Positions 1 through 13,100 of a stretch of DNA of 64,000 nucleotides are shown one piece after another; the stretch's first letter is position 1; each line of letters begins with the position of its first letter. The stretch is from positions 74,699 through 138,698 of the forward strand of contig CAWGDK010000003.1 of NCBI GenBank assembly GCA_963821385.1. Reading direction: 5' to 3'. The DNA comes from an uncultured Gemmatimonadales bacterium (lineage in GTDB: Bacteria > Gemmatimonadota > Gemmatimonadetes > Gemmatimonadales > GWC2-71-9). Below the pieces are notes generated by a model. It did no database searches. It saw only the letters and a list, made by a program, of their open reading frames with translations, and was not told the origin of the DNA. The translations under genes and the position numbers were made by a program.

Positions 1-994
1 GCAGCCACCATAACATCACCGACGAGATCGCCACCATCGATCCCAGCGCCCAGTAGAAGCCCAGTGGGTGATGTGTCATCGGCATCGAGCTGAAGTTCAT
101 GCCGTAGATCCCGCCGACCACGATCAGGGGCAACGCGATCGTGGCGACGATCGACAGCTGCTTCATCACTTTGTTCATGCGGTTCGAGGTCTGGGACAGG
201 TACGTCTCGAGCACGCCGGCCAGCAGGTCGCGCGTGGTGTCCACCGATTCCATGATCCGGATGGTGTGGTCGTAGACGTCCCGGTAGTACAGCTGCGTTT
301 CGGCCCGGATGTAGACGGAGGGCCGGTTGGTGAGCACGTTGAGCACTTCGCGCAACGGGCCGATGTGGCGGCGGAACGCGAACGCCGAGCGCTTCGCCTT
401 GAAGATCTCGTGGATCAGCTTTTCTTCGAACGACTCGAACAGCTTCTCCTCCAAGGTGTCCACGAGATCGTTGAGCGATTCCACCACCGGGAAGTAGGCG
501 TCCACGGCCTGGTCGATGATGGAATGCATCGTCATCTCGGCACCGCGGCCCAGCAGGTCCGGATTGCGCATCAGCCGGTCGCGCGTCGAATCGCAGCTCG
601 GGCTTTCGATCGCGTGCACGGTGACGAGGAAGTTCTTGCCGAGGAAGAAGTAAGTGTTAAACGTCTCAAGGTCGAACGGATCCGGGGTGGCGCGGTCGAA
701 GCGGATGCCCGACACCACGACGAACAGGTAGCGGTCGTACTCCTCGAGCTTCACCCGCGACCCGGGGGACAGCGTGTCCTCGATCGACAGCGGATGGAAG
801 CCGAACACCTTCTCGAGCAGGGCGTGCTGGTGCACGTCGGTCGAGTTGATATCCACCCACAGCTCGCCTTCGCCGTGCTCCACGATGTCCCGGATCCGTG
901 AGGGGGATAACTCCTGCTCGAGCTGGCCGTCGGGACGGCGATACAGGCTGGCGGGCCAGTGTGGGGAGGCGGCGGGAGCGGCGGTCGCGGTCAC
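1..994 (-). CDS. corA: CorA magnesium/cobalt transporter (3' end runs off window)
   Basis: Not in the ORF track. Manual translation from GTG at 994 gives ...LWVDIN...FGFHPLSIED...KLEEYDRYLF... and, near the window start, GGIYGMNF..MP (CorA GMN signature) followed by a hydrophobic helix. Confidence 0.92.
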   Translation of the reverse strand, partial: MTATAAPAASPHWPASLYRRPDGQLEQELSPSRIRDIVEHGEGELWVDINSTDVHQHALLEKVFGFHPLSIEDTLSPGSRVKLEEYDRYLFVVVSGIRFDRATPDPFDLETFNTYFFLGKNFLVTVHAIESPSCDSTRDRLMRNPDLLGRGAEMTMHSIIDQAVDAYFPVVESLNDLVDTLEEKLFESFEEKLIHEIFKAKRSAFAFRRHIGPLREVLNVLTNRPSVYIRAETQLYYRDVYDHTIRIMESVDTTRDLLAGVLETYLSQTSNRMNKVMKQLSIVATIALPLIVVGGIYGMNFSSMPMTHHPLGFYWALGSMVAISSVMLWWL

Positions 995-1000
995 GGTTCA

Positions 1001-1006
1001 ATTATA
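1001..1006 (-). promoter_or_regulatory. -10 element TATAAT for corA, probably leaderless
   Basis: Perfect TATAAT 6 nt upstream of the GTG start; no Shine-Dalgarno sequence. Confidence 0.55.
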
Positions 1007-1172
1007 GTCCCCCGGCCAAATTGCTGCGCCGGTGCAGCAGTTTTTGCCATCGGGTCTGTCAAGACCGGTTTTTCGCCGCCGCACGGCTGATTCGCGTCAC
1101 TTACCTCTTTCTTTTCTGGCCGTCGTTCCTACATTCGGGCCCGTCCCCATACTGCGTAGAGAGCGCCACGGA

Positions 1173-4100
1173 GTGAGCCGTCAGCCGTTGAGGCGAAGAG
1201 CATCGTTGTGCGGATGGTTGGGGTTGCTCGGTCTCGCGACCGCAGTCTCCCCGCGCGCCGCCACCGCACAAATTGTCCGGGCGTTCACCCAGCGTTTCCC
1301 CACCACCAACACCACCGGCTCCATCGTCCTGATCGGCAACACGCTCTCGACGTGTAACGCCGCGGTGGCGAACTGCGTCAATGCGCGCGCCGGTATCGGC
1401 ACCGCCTTGAACCTCAACAACGATGCCTACACCAGCGTCGACGTCGATGTCGATGCTGACGGCACGACGTTCAATTCGAGCAGTGCCACGCTGACCCTGG
1501 CCGCTGGCGATTCGGTGATGTTCGCTGGCCTCTATTGGGGGGCGTACTCGGCGAGCGCGGCGCGAAACACGGTCCTGTTCCAGACGCCGGTCGCGGCCTA
1601 CACCACGATCACCGCTACGCAGCTCGATCAGGACGCCACGACCACCCAGAACTACCAGGGGTTCAGGGACGTCACCGCCCTGGTACGGGCGGGAGGCAGC
1701 GGCAACTACCTCGTCGCCAACGTGCAGCGCGAGTTGGCGGCCGCCCGGTACGCCGGCTGGACGCTCGTGGTGGTGTTGTACAATCAGGCTTCCCTCCCGC
1801 GCAGCCTGGTCGTGTACGACGGCTACGCGCGGGTATTCACCGGCGTCCCCGTCTCGATCGCCGTCAGCGGATTGAACACGCCGCCGGCCGGCGCGGTGAA
1901 CACGCAGCTCGGCATCGTCGGGTACGAGGGGGACCTCGGCATCGTCGGGGACGTGCTGCAGCTCAATGCGACGACCATCAGCGACGCCCAGAACCCGGCC
2001 AACAACCCCTTTAACAGCAGCTTGTCGGCCCTCGGCGTGCGCTTCAGCGCCAAGAACCCCGATTATGTGAACCAGCTCGCCTTCGATGCGGACATCCTCG
2101 ATGCAAGCAACATCCTGCCCAATGGGGCCACCACCGCCACGATTTCCCTGACGTCGACCGGCGACCAGTACTACCCCGGGGTGGTGACGTTCGCGAGCCA
2201 GCTCTATTCGCCCAATCTCTCGGGCCCGGGAAGCCTCGAAAAGACCGTCGTGGACGTGAACGGCGGCTCGATCCTGCCGGGCGATACCCTGGAATACACC
2301 ATCAACATGACCAATACGGGCCTGGACACGGCCGTGTCGGTCGTGCTCATCGACACGATCCCCGCGAACGCCACCTATGCCGCAGGGTCGCTGACGTTCG
2401 TCTCCTCGGTGACCGGTGGTCCTCCGGCTGGCGCCAAGACGGATGCCACGGGTGACGATGCCGCCAATCTCGACGTAGCCGGCAACCGGGTCTTGTTCCG
2501 GATCGGGGCCGGCGCCACGGCCGCCGCGGGCGGCAAGTTGGGGCCCACCCAGACCACGGTGGTGCGGTTCCGAGTGGTCATTTCCGGAGCCGCCGCTGCC
2601 GGCACCGTCGTGTCGAACCAGGCCCGCGTCAGCTACGCAGGCCAGAGTCTCGGCAATACCCTGATCGGCGTGAGCGACGATCCTGGGGTCGCGGGGCAGC
2701 AGGCGACGCAGGTGACTGTGACGGCGCCGGACCTCTCGATGGCCAAGAGCCACTCCGGCAACTTCACGGCCGGCGTGGCGGCGACGTACACGCTCACCAT
2801 CACCAATTCCGGAACCGCGGCCACGTTCGGGACCATCACTGCGATCGATTCCGCGCCGGCGGGGCTCACGCCCACGGGGGCGAGCGGCAGCGGATGGGCC
2901 TGCGGCGTCGCGGGTCAGGTCGTGACCTGCACCAACCCGGGCCCGCTGGCCGTGAGCGGTGTCAGCACCATCACCGTCAACGCGACCGTGCTGGCGACGG
3001 CCGTGCCGTCAGTGACCAACATCGCGCGCGTGGCCACCGCGGGTGACGCCAACGCGGCCAACGACCGCTCCACTGACGTCACCACCGTGGGCGCCGGGGC
3101 CGACCTCCAGATCACCAAGACGGATGGCGTGACGTCCGTGAACCCGGGCACGGCGCTCGTCTACACCATCATCGCGACGAATGCCGGGCCGAGCGCCGTC
3201 ACGGCGGCCCCGGTGACCGACACCTTCAACCCGAGCTTCTTCACCGTTGCGGGCGTCACCTGGACCTGCACCGCATCCGCCGGGTCGAGCTGCACCGCGA
3301 GTGGCAGCGGCAACATCAATACCACCGTAAACCTCCTGAGCGGCGGCACCGCCACGTTCACGGTTACGGCGCCGGTGCTGGTGAGCGCCAGCGGCACGAT
3401 CACCAATACCGCCACCATCGCCGTGCCGGCGGGGACGACTGAGCTGGCGGCGCCCAACAACAGCGCAACCGACAACAACACCGACGTCTCGACGGCCGCC
3501 GATATGGCGCTGACGAAGACGGACGCGCCCGACCCAGTAAATGCCGGTGCAACAATAACTTACACGCTGACCGCAACCAATAACGGCCCGTTGCCGGCCC
3601 AGACGGTCGCGATCCAGGACAATACGCCGGCGAACACGACCTTCCTCTCGGCAACCCCGAGTGCCGGCGGCAGCTGCATCACGCCGTCGGTGGGCAGCAC
3701 GGGGCTCGTCAACTGCTCCTGGGCCGGAGCGACTGCCACGGGGGCACCCAGCGCCCGCAGCGTGACGCTCGTCGTGACCGTGGGCTCCGGCACCGCCACC
3801 GGCACCATCATCTCGAACACCGGCACCGCGTCGAGCACCACGTTCGACCCGGTGGCCGGCAACAACAGCGCCACCACGACGACCACCACCGCCCTGTCCG
3901 CTGATGTAGCGATTACCCAGAGCGGACCGGCCAGCGTCGTTCCCGGAACGAACCTCGTCTACACGGTGACGGTGACGAACAACGGCCCCAGTGACGCGGC
4001 CGCGGTTTCGGTCGCCAACGTCACGCCCAGCGGCCTGACCTTCGTCTCGAACGCCGGTGCCTGCACCACGGCCTACCCGTGCAGCCTCGGGTCAGTTGCC

Positions 4101-7100
4101 GCAGGCGCCACCCGGGTGATCACCACGACGTTCAGCGTTCCGTCGGGCTACGCCGGCGCCAATCCGATCGTCAACACGGTGACCGTGAGCGCCACCACGG
4201 CGGACCCGGTGGCAGCGAACAACACGGCGTCCACCTCGACACCGGTGGCCGCGGGCTCCGCCAACGTACAGCTCACCAAGACCGGGCCCGCGACGGTCAC
4301 GCCGGGACAAACGGTCGCGTTCACCGTCACCGTCACCAACCTCGGGCCGTCCGACGCCGCGGGGGTTTCGGTCGCGGATCCCACGCCGGCGGGATTGACG
4401 TTCCTCTCGAACACCGGCTCGTGCGTGAGCGCCTACCCCTGTGCCCTGGGCACGGTGGCCTCGGGTGCGACGCGCACCATCACGACGACCTACCAGGTGC
4501 CGTCGGGCTATGCGGGCGCCAGTCCGATCGTGAACACCGCGACCGCGAGCGCCGTCACGAGTGATCCCGTGGGGGGCAACAACGCGCAAACGGCCAACGT
4601 GACGGTGAACGCCGCTTCCGCGGACCTCGCGATCACCAAGACCGGGCCGGCGAGCGTCGTCCCGGGCACCAGTGTGGTCTACACGATTACGGTGACGAAC
4701 AACGGGCCGAGTGATGCCGCGGCCGTCTCGGTGGCGGATGCGACTCCGGCCGGGTTGACCTTCAGCTCCAACAGCGGCGCCTGCGTCACCGCGTTCCCCT
4801 GCGCCTTCGGCACCATCACGGCCGGGGCGACCCGGACCATTACGACCACGTTCTCGGTCCCGTCGGGCTACAGCGGCGCGAACCCGATCCTCAACACGGC
4901 CACCGTCACCTCCACCACCAGCGATGCGGTCGCGGCCAACAACAGCGCCACGGCCTCGACCACGGTCAGTGCGGGATCCGCTGACGTGAGCATCACGAAG
5001 ACGGGCCCGGCGAGCGTGGTGCCGGGCACGAACGTGGTCTACACGATCACCGTGACGAACGCGGGGCCGAGTAACGCGGCCGGCGTCTCGGTCGCCGACG
5101 TCACGCCGGCGGGTTTGACCTTCGTCTCCAACGCAGGGGCATGCAGCGGTGCGTTCCCCTGCGCGCTCGGTACCATTGCGGCCGGGGCGAGTCAGGTCAT
5201 CACCACGACCTTCTCCGTGCCGCCCGCCTATGCCGGCGCGAACCCGATTCTGAACACCGCCACGGCCAGCGCCACCACGGGCGATCCGGTGCCTGCAAAC
5301 AATTCCGCCACCGCCTCGACCCCGGTGGCCGCCGGGTCCGCCAACCTGTCGCTGACCAAGACCGGGCCGGCCAGCGTGACCCCCGGGCAGACGGTCGCGT
5401 TTACCATCACCGTCACCAACGCGGGCCCGTCGGATGCGGCGGCCGTGTCGGTCACCGATCCGACGCCCGCGGGGCTGACGTTCCTGTCGAACACGGGGAA
5501 CTGCGTGACGGCGTTCCCGTGCGCCTTAGGGACCGTGCCGTTCGGTGCCACACGGACCATCACCGCGACCTACAGCGTGCCCTCCGGGTACGCCGGCGCG
5601 AGCCCGATCGCGAACGCGGCCACGGTCTCGAGTGCGACGTCCGATCCCGTCGCGGGCAACAACTCCCAGACGGCCAACGTCACGGTCAATGCGCCATCGG
5701 CCGATCTCGCCATCACCAAGACGGGCGCGGCGTCGGTGACCCCGGGCCAGACGGTCGTCTACACGGTCACGGTGACCAACAATGGACCCAGTGACGCCGC
5801 GGGCGTCTCTGTGGCCGACCCGACGCCGTCTGGGCTCACGTTCGTCTCGAACAGCGGTGCCTGCGTCGCCGCCTATCCCTGCGCCCTGGGCACGGTGACC
5901 GCCGGATCGACTCGGACCATTACGACCACGTACCAGGTCCCGTCGGGATACGCCGGCGCCAATCCGATTCTCAACACCGCCACGCTCAGCTCGCCCACCG
6001 CCGATCCGGTGGCCGGCAACAATACCGCGACGTCGTCCACGACGGTCGGTGCGGGATCGGCGGACCTCGCCATCACCAAGCTCGGGCCGGCGAGCGTCGT
6101 CCCGGGCACGAACGCGGTCTACACGATCACACTGACGAACAACGGCCCCAGCGATGCGGCCGCGGTCTCGGTCGCCGACATCACCCCGTCCGGCACGAAC
6201 TTCGTCTCGACGTCGGGAGACTGCGTCACCGCCTTCCCCTGCAGCCTGGGCACGGTCCCCGCCGGGGCGAGCCGCGTCATCACCGCCACGTACGCCGTGC
6301 CGTCGGGCTATGCGGGCGCGAACCCGATCGTCAATGCGGCCACCGCGAGCGCGTCGACGAGCGATCCGGTGGCCGGCAACAATACCGGCACGGCGTCGAC
6401 CCCGGTGGCGAGCGGCTCGGCCAACCTGCACGTCACGAAGACCGGACCGGCGACGGTCACCCCCGGCCTGAACGCCACGTTTACCATCACGGTGACCAAC
6501 AACGGGCCCAGTGACGCGGCCGGTGTGAGCGTGGCGGACGCCACGCCTGCCGGGCTGACGTTCCTCTCGAATGCGGGCAATTGCGTCTCCGCGTTCCCCT
6601 GTGCGCTGGGCACGATCCCGGCGGGCACGACCCGCACGATCACGTCGACCTATCAGGTCCCGTCCGGGTACGCCGGCGCGAACCCGATTCTCAATACGGC
6701 CTCGGCGACTTCGTCCACCGGCGACCCCGCTCCCGGCGATGAGGCCCAGACCGCGTCGGTCGCCGTCAACGCGCCCTCGGCCGACGTGCACCTCGCGATG
6801 ACGGGACCCGCCTCCGCGACGCCGGGCCAGTCGATCGCGTACACCATCACCGTCACCAACAACGGGCCGTCGGACGCCGCCAGCGTGTCGGTCGCGGACG
6901 TGACCCCGACCGGGCTCACCTTCGTTTCGACGAGTGGGGCCTGCACCGGGGCGTTCCCATGCGCATTGGGCAGCGTCGTGGCGGGCACGAGCCGGACCAT
7001 CACCGCCACGTATCAGGTGCCCTCGGGGTACGCCGGGCCAAATCCGATCGTCAACAGCGCCACGGCGAGCACACCTACGGCCGATCCGGCTCCGGGCGAC

Positions 7101-10100
7101 GAATCGGCGAATGCGTCGACCACGGTCACCTCGAGCTCGGCCGATCTCGCGATCACCAAGACGGGGCCCGCCAGCGTGGTTCCGGGCACCGATCTGGTCT
7201 ACACCATCACGGTCACGAACAACGGACCGAGCGATGCGGCCGGCGTGTCGGTCGCGGACGTCACCCCGGCGGGTGTGACCTTCGTATCAAACGCGGGTGC
7301 TTGCGTCACCGCGTTCCCGTGCAGCCTCGGCGCGATCACGGCTGGGGCGAGCGTGACGATCACGACGACCTACAACGTGGCGTCCGGATACGCAGGCGCG
7401 AACCCGATCGTCAATGCGGCCACCGTGAGCGCGTCGAGCGCGGATCCGGTGGCGGCGAATAATTCCTCGGCGACGTCCACGCCGGTGGCGTCGGGCCTGG
7501 CCGACCTCGTGCTCGCCCTGAGCGGACCGGCGTCGGTGACCCCGGGCCAGACGCTGGCATTCACGATCACCGTCACCAACAACGGCCCCAGCGACGCGGC
7601 GGGTGTGTCGGTCGCGGACGTGACGCCCTCGGGTCTCACGTACGTGGCGACCAGCGGCTCGTGCGCGAGCCCGTTCCCGTGCGCGCTCGGCACCATCCCC
7701 TCGGGGCAGGTGCGGACCATCACCGTGACCTATCAGGTGCCGTCGGGATACGCGGGACCGAATCCGATCGTCGATGCCGCATCCGTCACCTCGGCCACCA
7801 CGGATCCGGCACCGGGCAACGAGGGCCAGACCCTGCCGGTGACGGTCAACCCCGCCTCGGCGGATCTGAGTCTCACAGCGAGTGGCCCCGCGTCCGTCAC
7901 CCCGGGTCAGACCGCGGTCTACACGATTTCGATCACCAACAACGGGCCGAGTGACGCGGCGACGGTTACGGTGACTGATGCGACGCCGGCCGGGCTGTCC
8001 TTCGTCTCGACCAGTGGCGACTGCACCACCGCGTTCCCCTGCGCGCTGGGCACCGTGCCGGCGGGCGCAACCCGCACCATCACGGCCACGTTCCAGGTAC
8101 CGTCGGGATACGCAGGGGCCAACCCGATTCTCAACGTCGTGTCGGTCAGCTCGCCGTCGGCCGATCCGGTCCCCGGCAACGAGAGCCAGACGGTGACCAC
8201 GGTCGTCAATCCGCCCTCGGCCGACCTCGCGATCACGAAGACGGGACCAGCGAACGTGCTGCCAGGCACCGATCTCGTCTACACGATCACCGTCACCAAC
8301 CTGGGACCGAGCGACGCGGCCGCGGTCTCGGTCGCCGACCTCACGCCCGCTGGTTTGACCTTCGTCTCCACCGCCGGGGCCTGCGCAACGGCGTTCCCCT
8401 GCGCGTTGGGCGTCGTCACCGCAGGAGCGAGTCAGGTCATCACGGCCACGTTCGCTGTCCCGTCGGGCTACGCCGGCGCCAACCCGATCGTCAACACCGC
8501 GTCCGTGAGCTCTCCCACAGGCGACCCGGTGGCGGCGGACAATGCCGCCTCGACGTCCACGCCCGTGACGGCGGGTTCCGCCGACCTGAGCCTCACGGCG
8601 GTCGCCCCGGCATCGGTCGTGCCCGGTGTCTCGATCGCCATCGCGATCACCGTCACCAACTCGGGGCCGTCCGACGCCGCGGGCGTCTCCGTCGCCGACG
8701 TCACCCCGGCCGGGTTGACCTTCGTCTCGAATGCGGGGGCGTGTACCACCGCCTTCCCGTGCAACCTGGGCACGGTGCCGGCCGGGCAATCGCGCGTCAT
8801 CGCCGCGACCTATCTCGGTCCCGTCGGGCTACGCGGGTGCCAACCCGATCCTGAACACGGCGTCGGTGACCTCGGTAACGAGCGACCCGAACCCGGGGAA
8901 CGAGGCGCAGACGGTCAGCATTGCGGTCGACCCAGCGTCCGCCGACCTGGCGATCACGAAGACCGGTCCTGCGTCGGTCACGCCCGGCCTCGATGCGACG
9001 TACACGATCACGATCACCAACAACGGCCCCAGTGACGCCGCCAGCGTCGCGGTCGCCGACCTGACCCCCGCCGGCCTCGGGTTCGTGTCAAACGCCGGCG
9101 ATTGCACCAGCGCCTTCCCCTGCACTATCGGCACGGTGGTCGCCGGGACGACGCGGACCATCACGACCACGTACCACGTCCCGTCGGGCTATGCCGGGGC
9201 GAACCCGATCGTGAATACGGCCTCGGTCAGCTCGCCCACCGGCGACCCGGTCAGCGGCAACGAATCGGCCACCACCACGACGCCGGTAAATCCGCCCGCG
9301 GCAGATGTACAGATCACGAAGACCGGGCCGGCGAGCGTGGTCCCGGGCGGGTCGCTCGTGTACACCATCACCGTGACGAACAACGGCCCGTCGGACGCGG
9401 CCGGCGTGACGGTGAAGCGACCTCACGCCGTCCGGGCTGACGTTCGCTGCGAACGCGGGTGCCTGCGTGACGGCGTTCCCGTGCACCCTGGGATCGATGC
9501 CCGCCGGGTCGAGTCAGGTCATCACGGCCAGCTTCGACGTCCCCTCGGGGTACGCCGGCTCGAACCCGATCGTCAACAGCGCGTCGGTGTCGGCGACGAC
9601 CGGCGATCCGCTGGCGGGGAACAACTCCAGCACGACCAACACCCCGGTGTCCGCGGGCACCGCGGATCTCACCCTGACCAACACGGGACCGGCGTCGGTG
9701 ACCCCGGGTCAGAACGTCACGTTCACGATTACGGTCACCAACGCGGGGCCGAGCGACGCGGCGGGCGTCAGCGTGGCCAACGCGACGCCGGCGGGCCTGG
9801 TGTTCGTGTCGACGACTGGGGACTGCGCGACGACGTTCCCGTGCAACCTGAGCACGATCCCGGCGGGCGAGACGCGCACCATCACCGCGACGTTCCTGGT
9901 GCCGTCGGGCTACAGTGGGGCCAACCCGATCCTCAGCACGGCGTCGGTCACATCGGTGACGCCCGATCCGAGCCCCGGAGACGAGGCCCAGACGACCGGC
10001 GTGGCCGTGAACCCGGCGTCCGCGGATCTGGTGGTCACCAAGAGCGGCCCCGCGAACGTGATCGCGGGCCAGGACGCCGTCTACACCATCACCGTCACGA

Positions 10101-13100
10101 ACAACGGCCCCAGCGATGCGGCGAGCGTCTCGGTGGCCGATCCCACGCCGGCCGGGCTGGCGTTTGTTTCGACGACGGGGGCGTGCACGACCGCCTTCCC
10201 GTGCGCACTGGGCGCCGTCCCTGCGGGGGCCACGCGGACCATCACGGCGACCTACCACGTTCCGGCGTCGTACGTGGCGCCGAGCGCGATCGTCAACACG
10301 GCGACGGTGAACACGCCAACGGGCGATCCGACCACCGGCAACGAATCCGGGACCGCGTCGACGACTCTGGGGCCGGCTTCGGCGGATCTGACGATTACGG
10401 CGACCGGGCCCGCGGTGTCGACGCCGGGGACGAACATCGACTACACGATCACCGTCACCAACGCCGGGCCGAGCGACGCGCAAGGCGTCACGATCGACGA
10501 TCCGACGCCGAGCGGGCTCGTGTTCGTCTCCGCGACGCGGGCCGTGCGCGGGCGGCTTCCCCTGCTCCGCCGGCACTCTCGGCGGCGGGAAGCAGCATCA
10601 GCCTCACCGTCACGTTCCAGGTCCCGCCCGGGTACGCCGGACCGAACCCGATCGTCAACGCCGTCTCGGTGACGGCCACTACCGCCGACCCTGCCGGCGG
10701 CAACAACGCCACGTCCGCCGCGACGACCGTCGCCACGGGCGCCGCCGACCTGGCGTTGACCATGACTGGCCCGGCCAGCGTCACGCCGGGGACGAACGTG
10801 GTATTGACGATCTCGGTCACCAACAATGGGCCGAGTGATGCTTTGGCGGCGAGCGTCGCCAACCCGACACCCGCCGGCCTGACCTTCGTCTCCACGACCG
10901 GGGCGTGCAGCGGCACCTTCCCGTGCACCATCGGGACGGTGCTCGTCGGGCAGACCAGCACCATCACGGCGACCTACCTGGTGCCGTCCGGCTACTCCGC
11001 GCCCGATCCGATTCTCAGCACCGCGTCAGTGTCCGCGGCGACCACCGACACGATTCCGGCCAACGACGCGGCCACCGTGTCGGTGCCGCTGGCGGCGGCC
11101 GATGCCGATCTGGGCGTGACGATCGCGGCGCCGGCCTCGGTGGTGGCCGGGCAGAACGTGGTCTACACGATCACGGTCACCAATGGCGGCCCGGCCGACG
11201 CATCGAGCGTGACGCTCGCGAACCCGACGCCCGCCGGTCTGACGTTCGTCTCCAACGCCGGCGCCTGCGCCACCGCGTTCCCCTGCGCGCTCGGCACGGT
11301 GCCGGCGGGAGCGGTGCGGACGGTCACCGCAACGTATCTCGTGCCCGCGAGCTACAGCGGCGCCAATCCGATCGTCGCGACGACGACCGTGTCCTCGCCC
11401 ACGGCGGATCCGGCGGCGGGCGACAACAGCGCCACCGCCCAGACCGCGGTCACCATGTCCGCCGATGTCGCCATCACCAGCGCCGGTCCGGCGACGGTGA
11501 CGCCCGGTCAGACGATCGCGCTCACGATCCAGGTGACGAACGCCGGCCCGAGCGACGCCACGGGAGTCTCGGTCGACAACCCGACGCCCGCCGGCCTCAG
11601 CTTCGTGTCCAACGCCGGCGCCTGCACCACCGCGTTCCCGTGCGCCTGGGCACCCTGCCACCAGGATCGAGCCGCACCATCACGGCCACCTTCCAGGTGC
11701 CGCCGGCGTACAGCGGTCCCGACCCGATCGTGAACACCGCGACCGTCAGCACGACGTCGACCGATCGCGGCGCCCGCGAACAACAGCGCCACGGTCTCCA
11801 CGACGTTGACGGCGTCCTCGGCCGACGTGTCGGTGACCAAGACCGGGCCCGCGAGTGTGTTGCTCGGGACCAACGCGGTCTACACGGTCACGGTCAGCAA
11901 CGCCGGCCCGAGCGATGCCGCGGGCGTCTCGCTGGCGGATCCCACCCCCGCCGGCCTGACGTTCGTTTCGGCCTCCGCGCCGTGTGCCGCGGGATTCCCG
12001 TGCGCCCTCGGCACCATGACGCCGGGCGCCTCGATTGTCGTCACGGTGACGTACCTGGCACCGCTCGGATACGCCGGACCCGATCCGATTGTGAACACCG
12101 CGACTACGAGCACCACCACCGCCGATCCGAATGGCGCCAACAATCAGGCGTCCGCCTCGACTGCGATCGCCGCGCCCAGCGCCGACCTCTCGGTGATCAA
12201 GACGGGGCCGGCGAGCGTGGTGCCCGGCACCAGCATCTCGTACTCGGTGACGGTGGCCAACGCCGGCCCGAACGACGCGACAGGCGTTTCCCTGGCCGAT
12301 CCCACGCCCGCCGGCTTGAGCTTCGTCTCGGCTTCGGCGCCTTGCAGCGGCGGCTTCCCCTGCGCGCTCGGCACGATGGCCACCGGGGCCAGCGTGGTGG
12401 TCACGGTCACGTACGACGTGCCGGCGGGCTATGCCGGGGCGAGCCCGCTCGTCAACACGGCGACGGTCAGCGCCGTGACCGCAGATCCGGTCGCCGCCAA
12501 CAACAGCCAGAGCGCGTCCGCGACCGTCACGCCGATGGCGGACCTCGGGATCACCAAGACCGACGGGCTGACGACCGTCACCCCGGGCGGCCCCGTGACG
12601 TACACCATCGTCGTCACCAACGCTGGCCCGAGCGTGGTGACCGGTGCTGCCATCGACGACCCGGTTCCCGCGCAGCTCACCGGCGTGACCTGGACCTGCG
12701 TCGCGACCGCTGGCAGCTGTGGCTCAGGCGCGGGCACGGGGAGCGTCGCCTCGACGGTGGACCTGTTGGTGGGCGGAACCGCCACCTTCTCGGTCACCGG
12801 CACGGTGGGTCAGACGAGCGGATCGCTCACCAACACGGCGACCGTTGCGGCCCCGGCGGGCACGATCGATCCGGTGCTCGCGAACAACAGCGCCACCGAC
12901 GTCACCACGGTGAATGCGGTCGACGTCCAGATTGCCAAGACCCACAGCGGCGCTTTCACCCTGGGCAGCACCGGCACCTACACCCTCACCGTGACGAACA
13001 TGGGCACGGTGGGCACCACCGGCACCCTGACGGTGCTCGATTCCTTGCCGGCCGGACTCACCTACAGCACGGCGAGTGGCGCCGGGTGGAGCTGCTCGAC

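Noticed and set aside
68-901. 277-aa plus-strand ORF and the many other long antisense or alternate-frame ORFs (e.g. 57168-58994, 59046-61061, 35735-37243)
   Set aside because: Shadow ORFs of real genes in high-GC DNA; Arg/Gly/His-rich, with no recognisable motifs.
8810-11780. Programmed frameshifting or phase variation in the giant gene
   Set aside because: No slippery heptamers or simple-sequence tracts at the sites, and the same kind of indel occurs in rplB, rpsC and rplE, so error is more parsimonious.
3900-12537. Tandem array as CRISPR or as a diversity-generating retroelement template/variable repeat
   Set aside because: The period is 360 bp and fully protein-coding, with divergence concentrated at synonymous sites; there are no short identical repeats with spacers, no cas genes and no reverse transcriptase.
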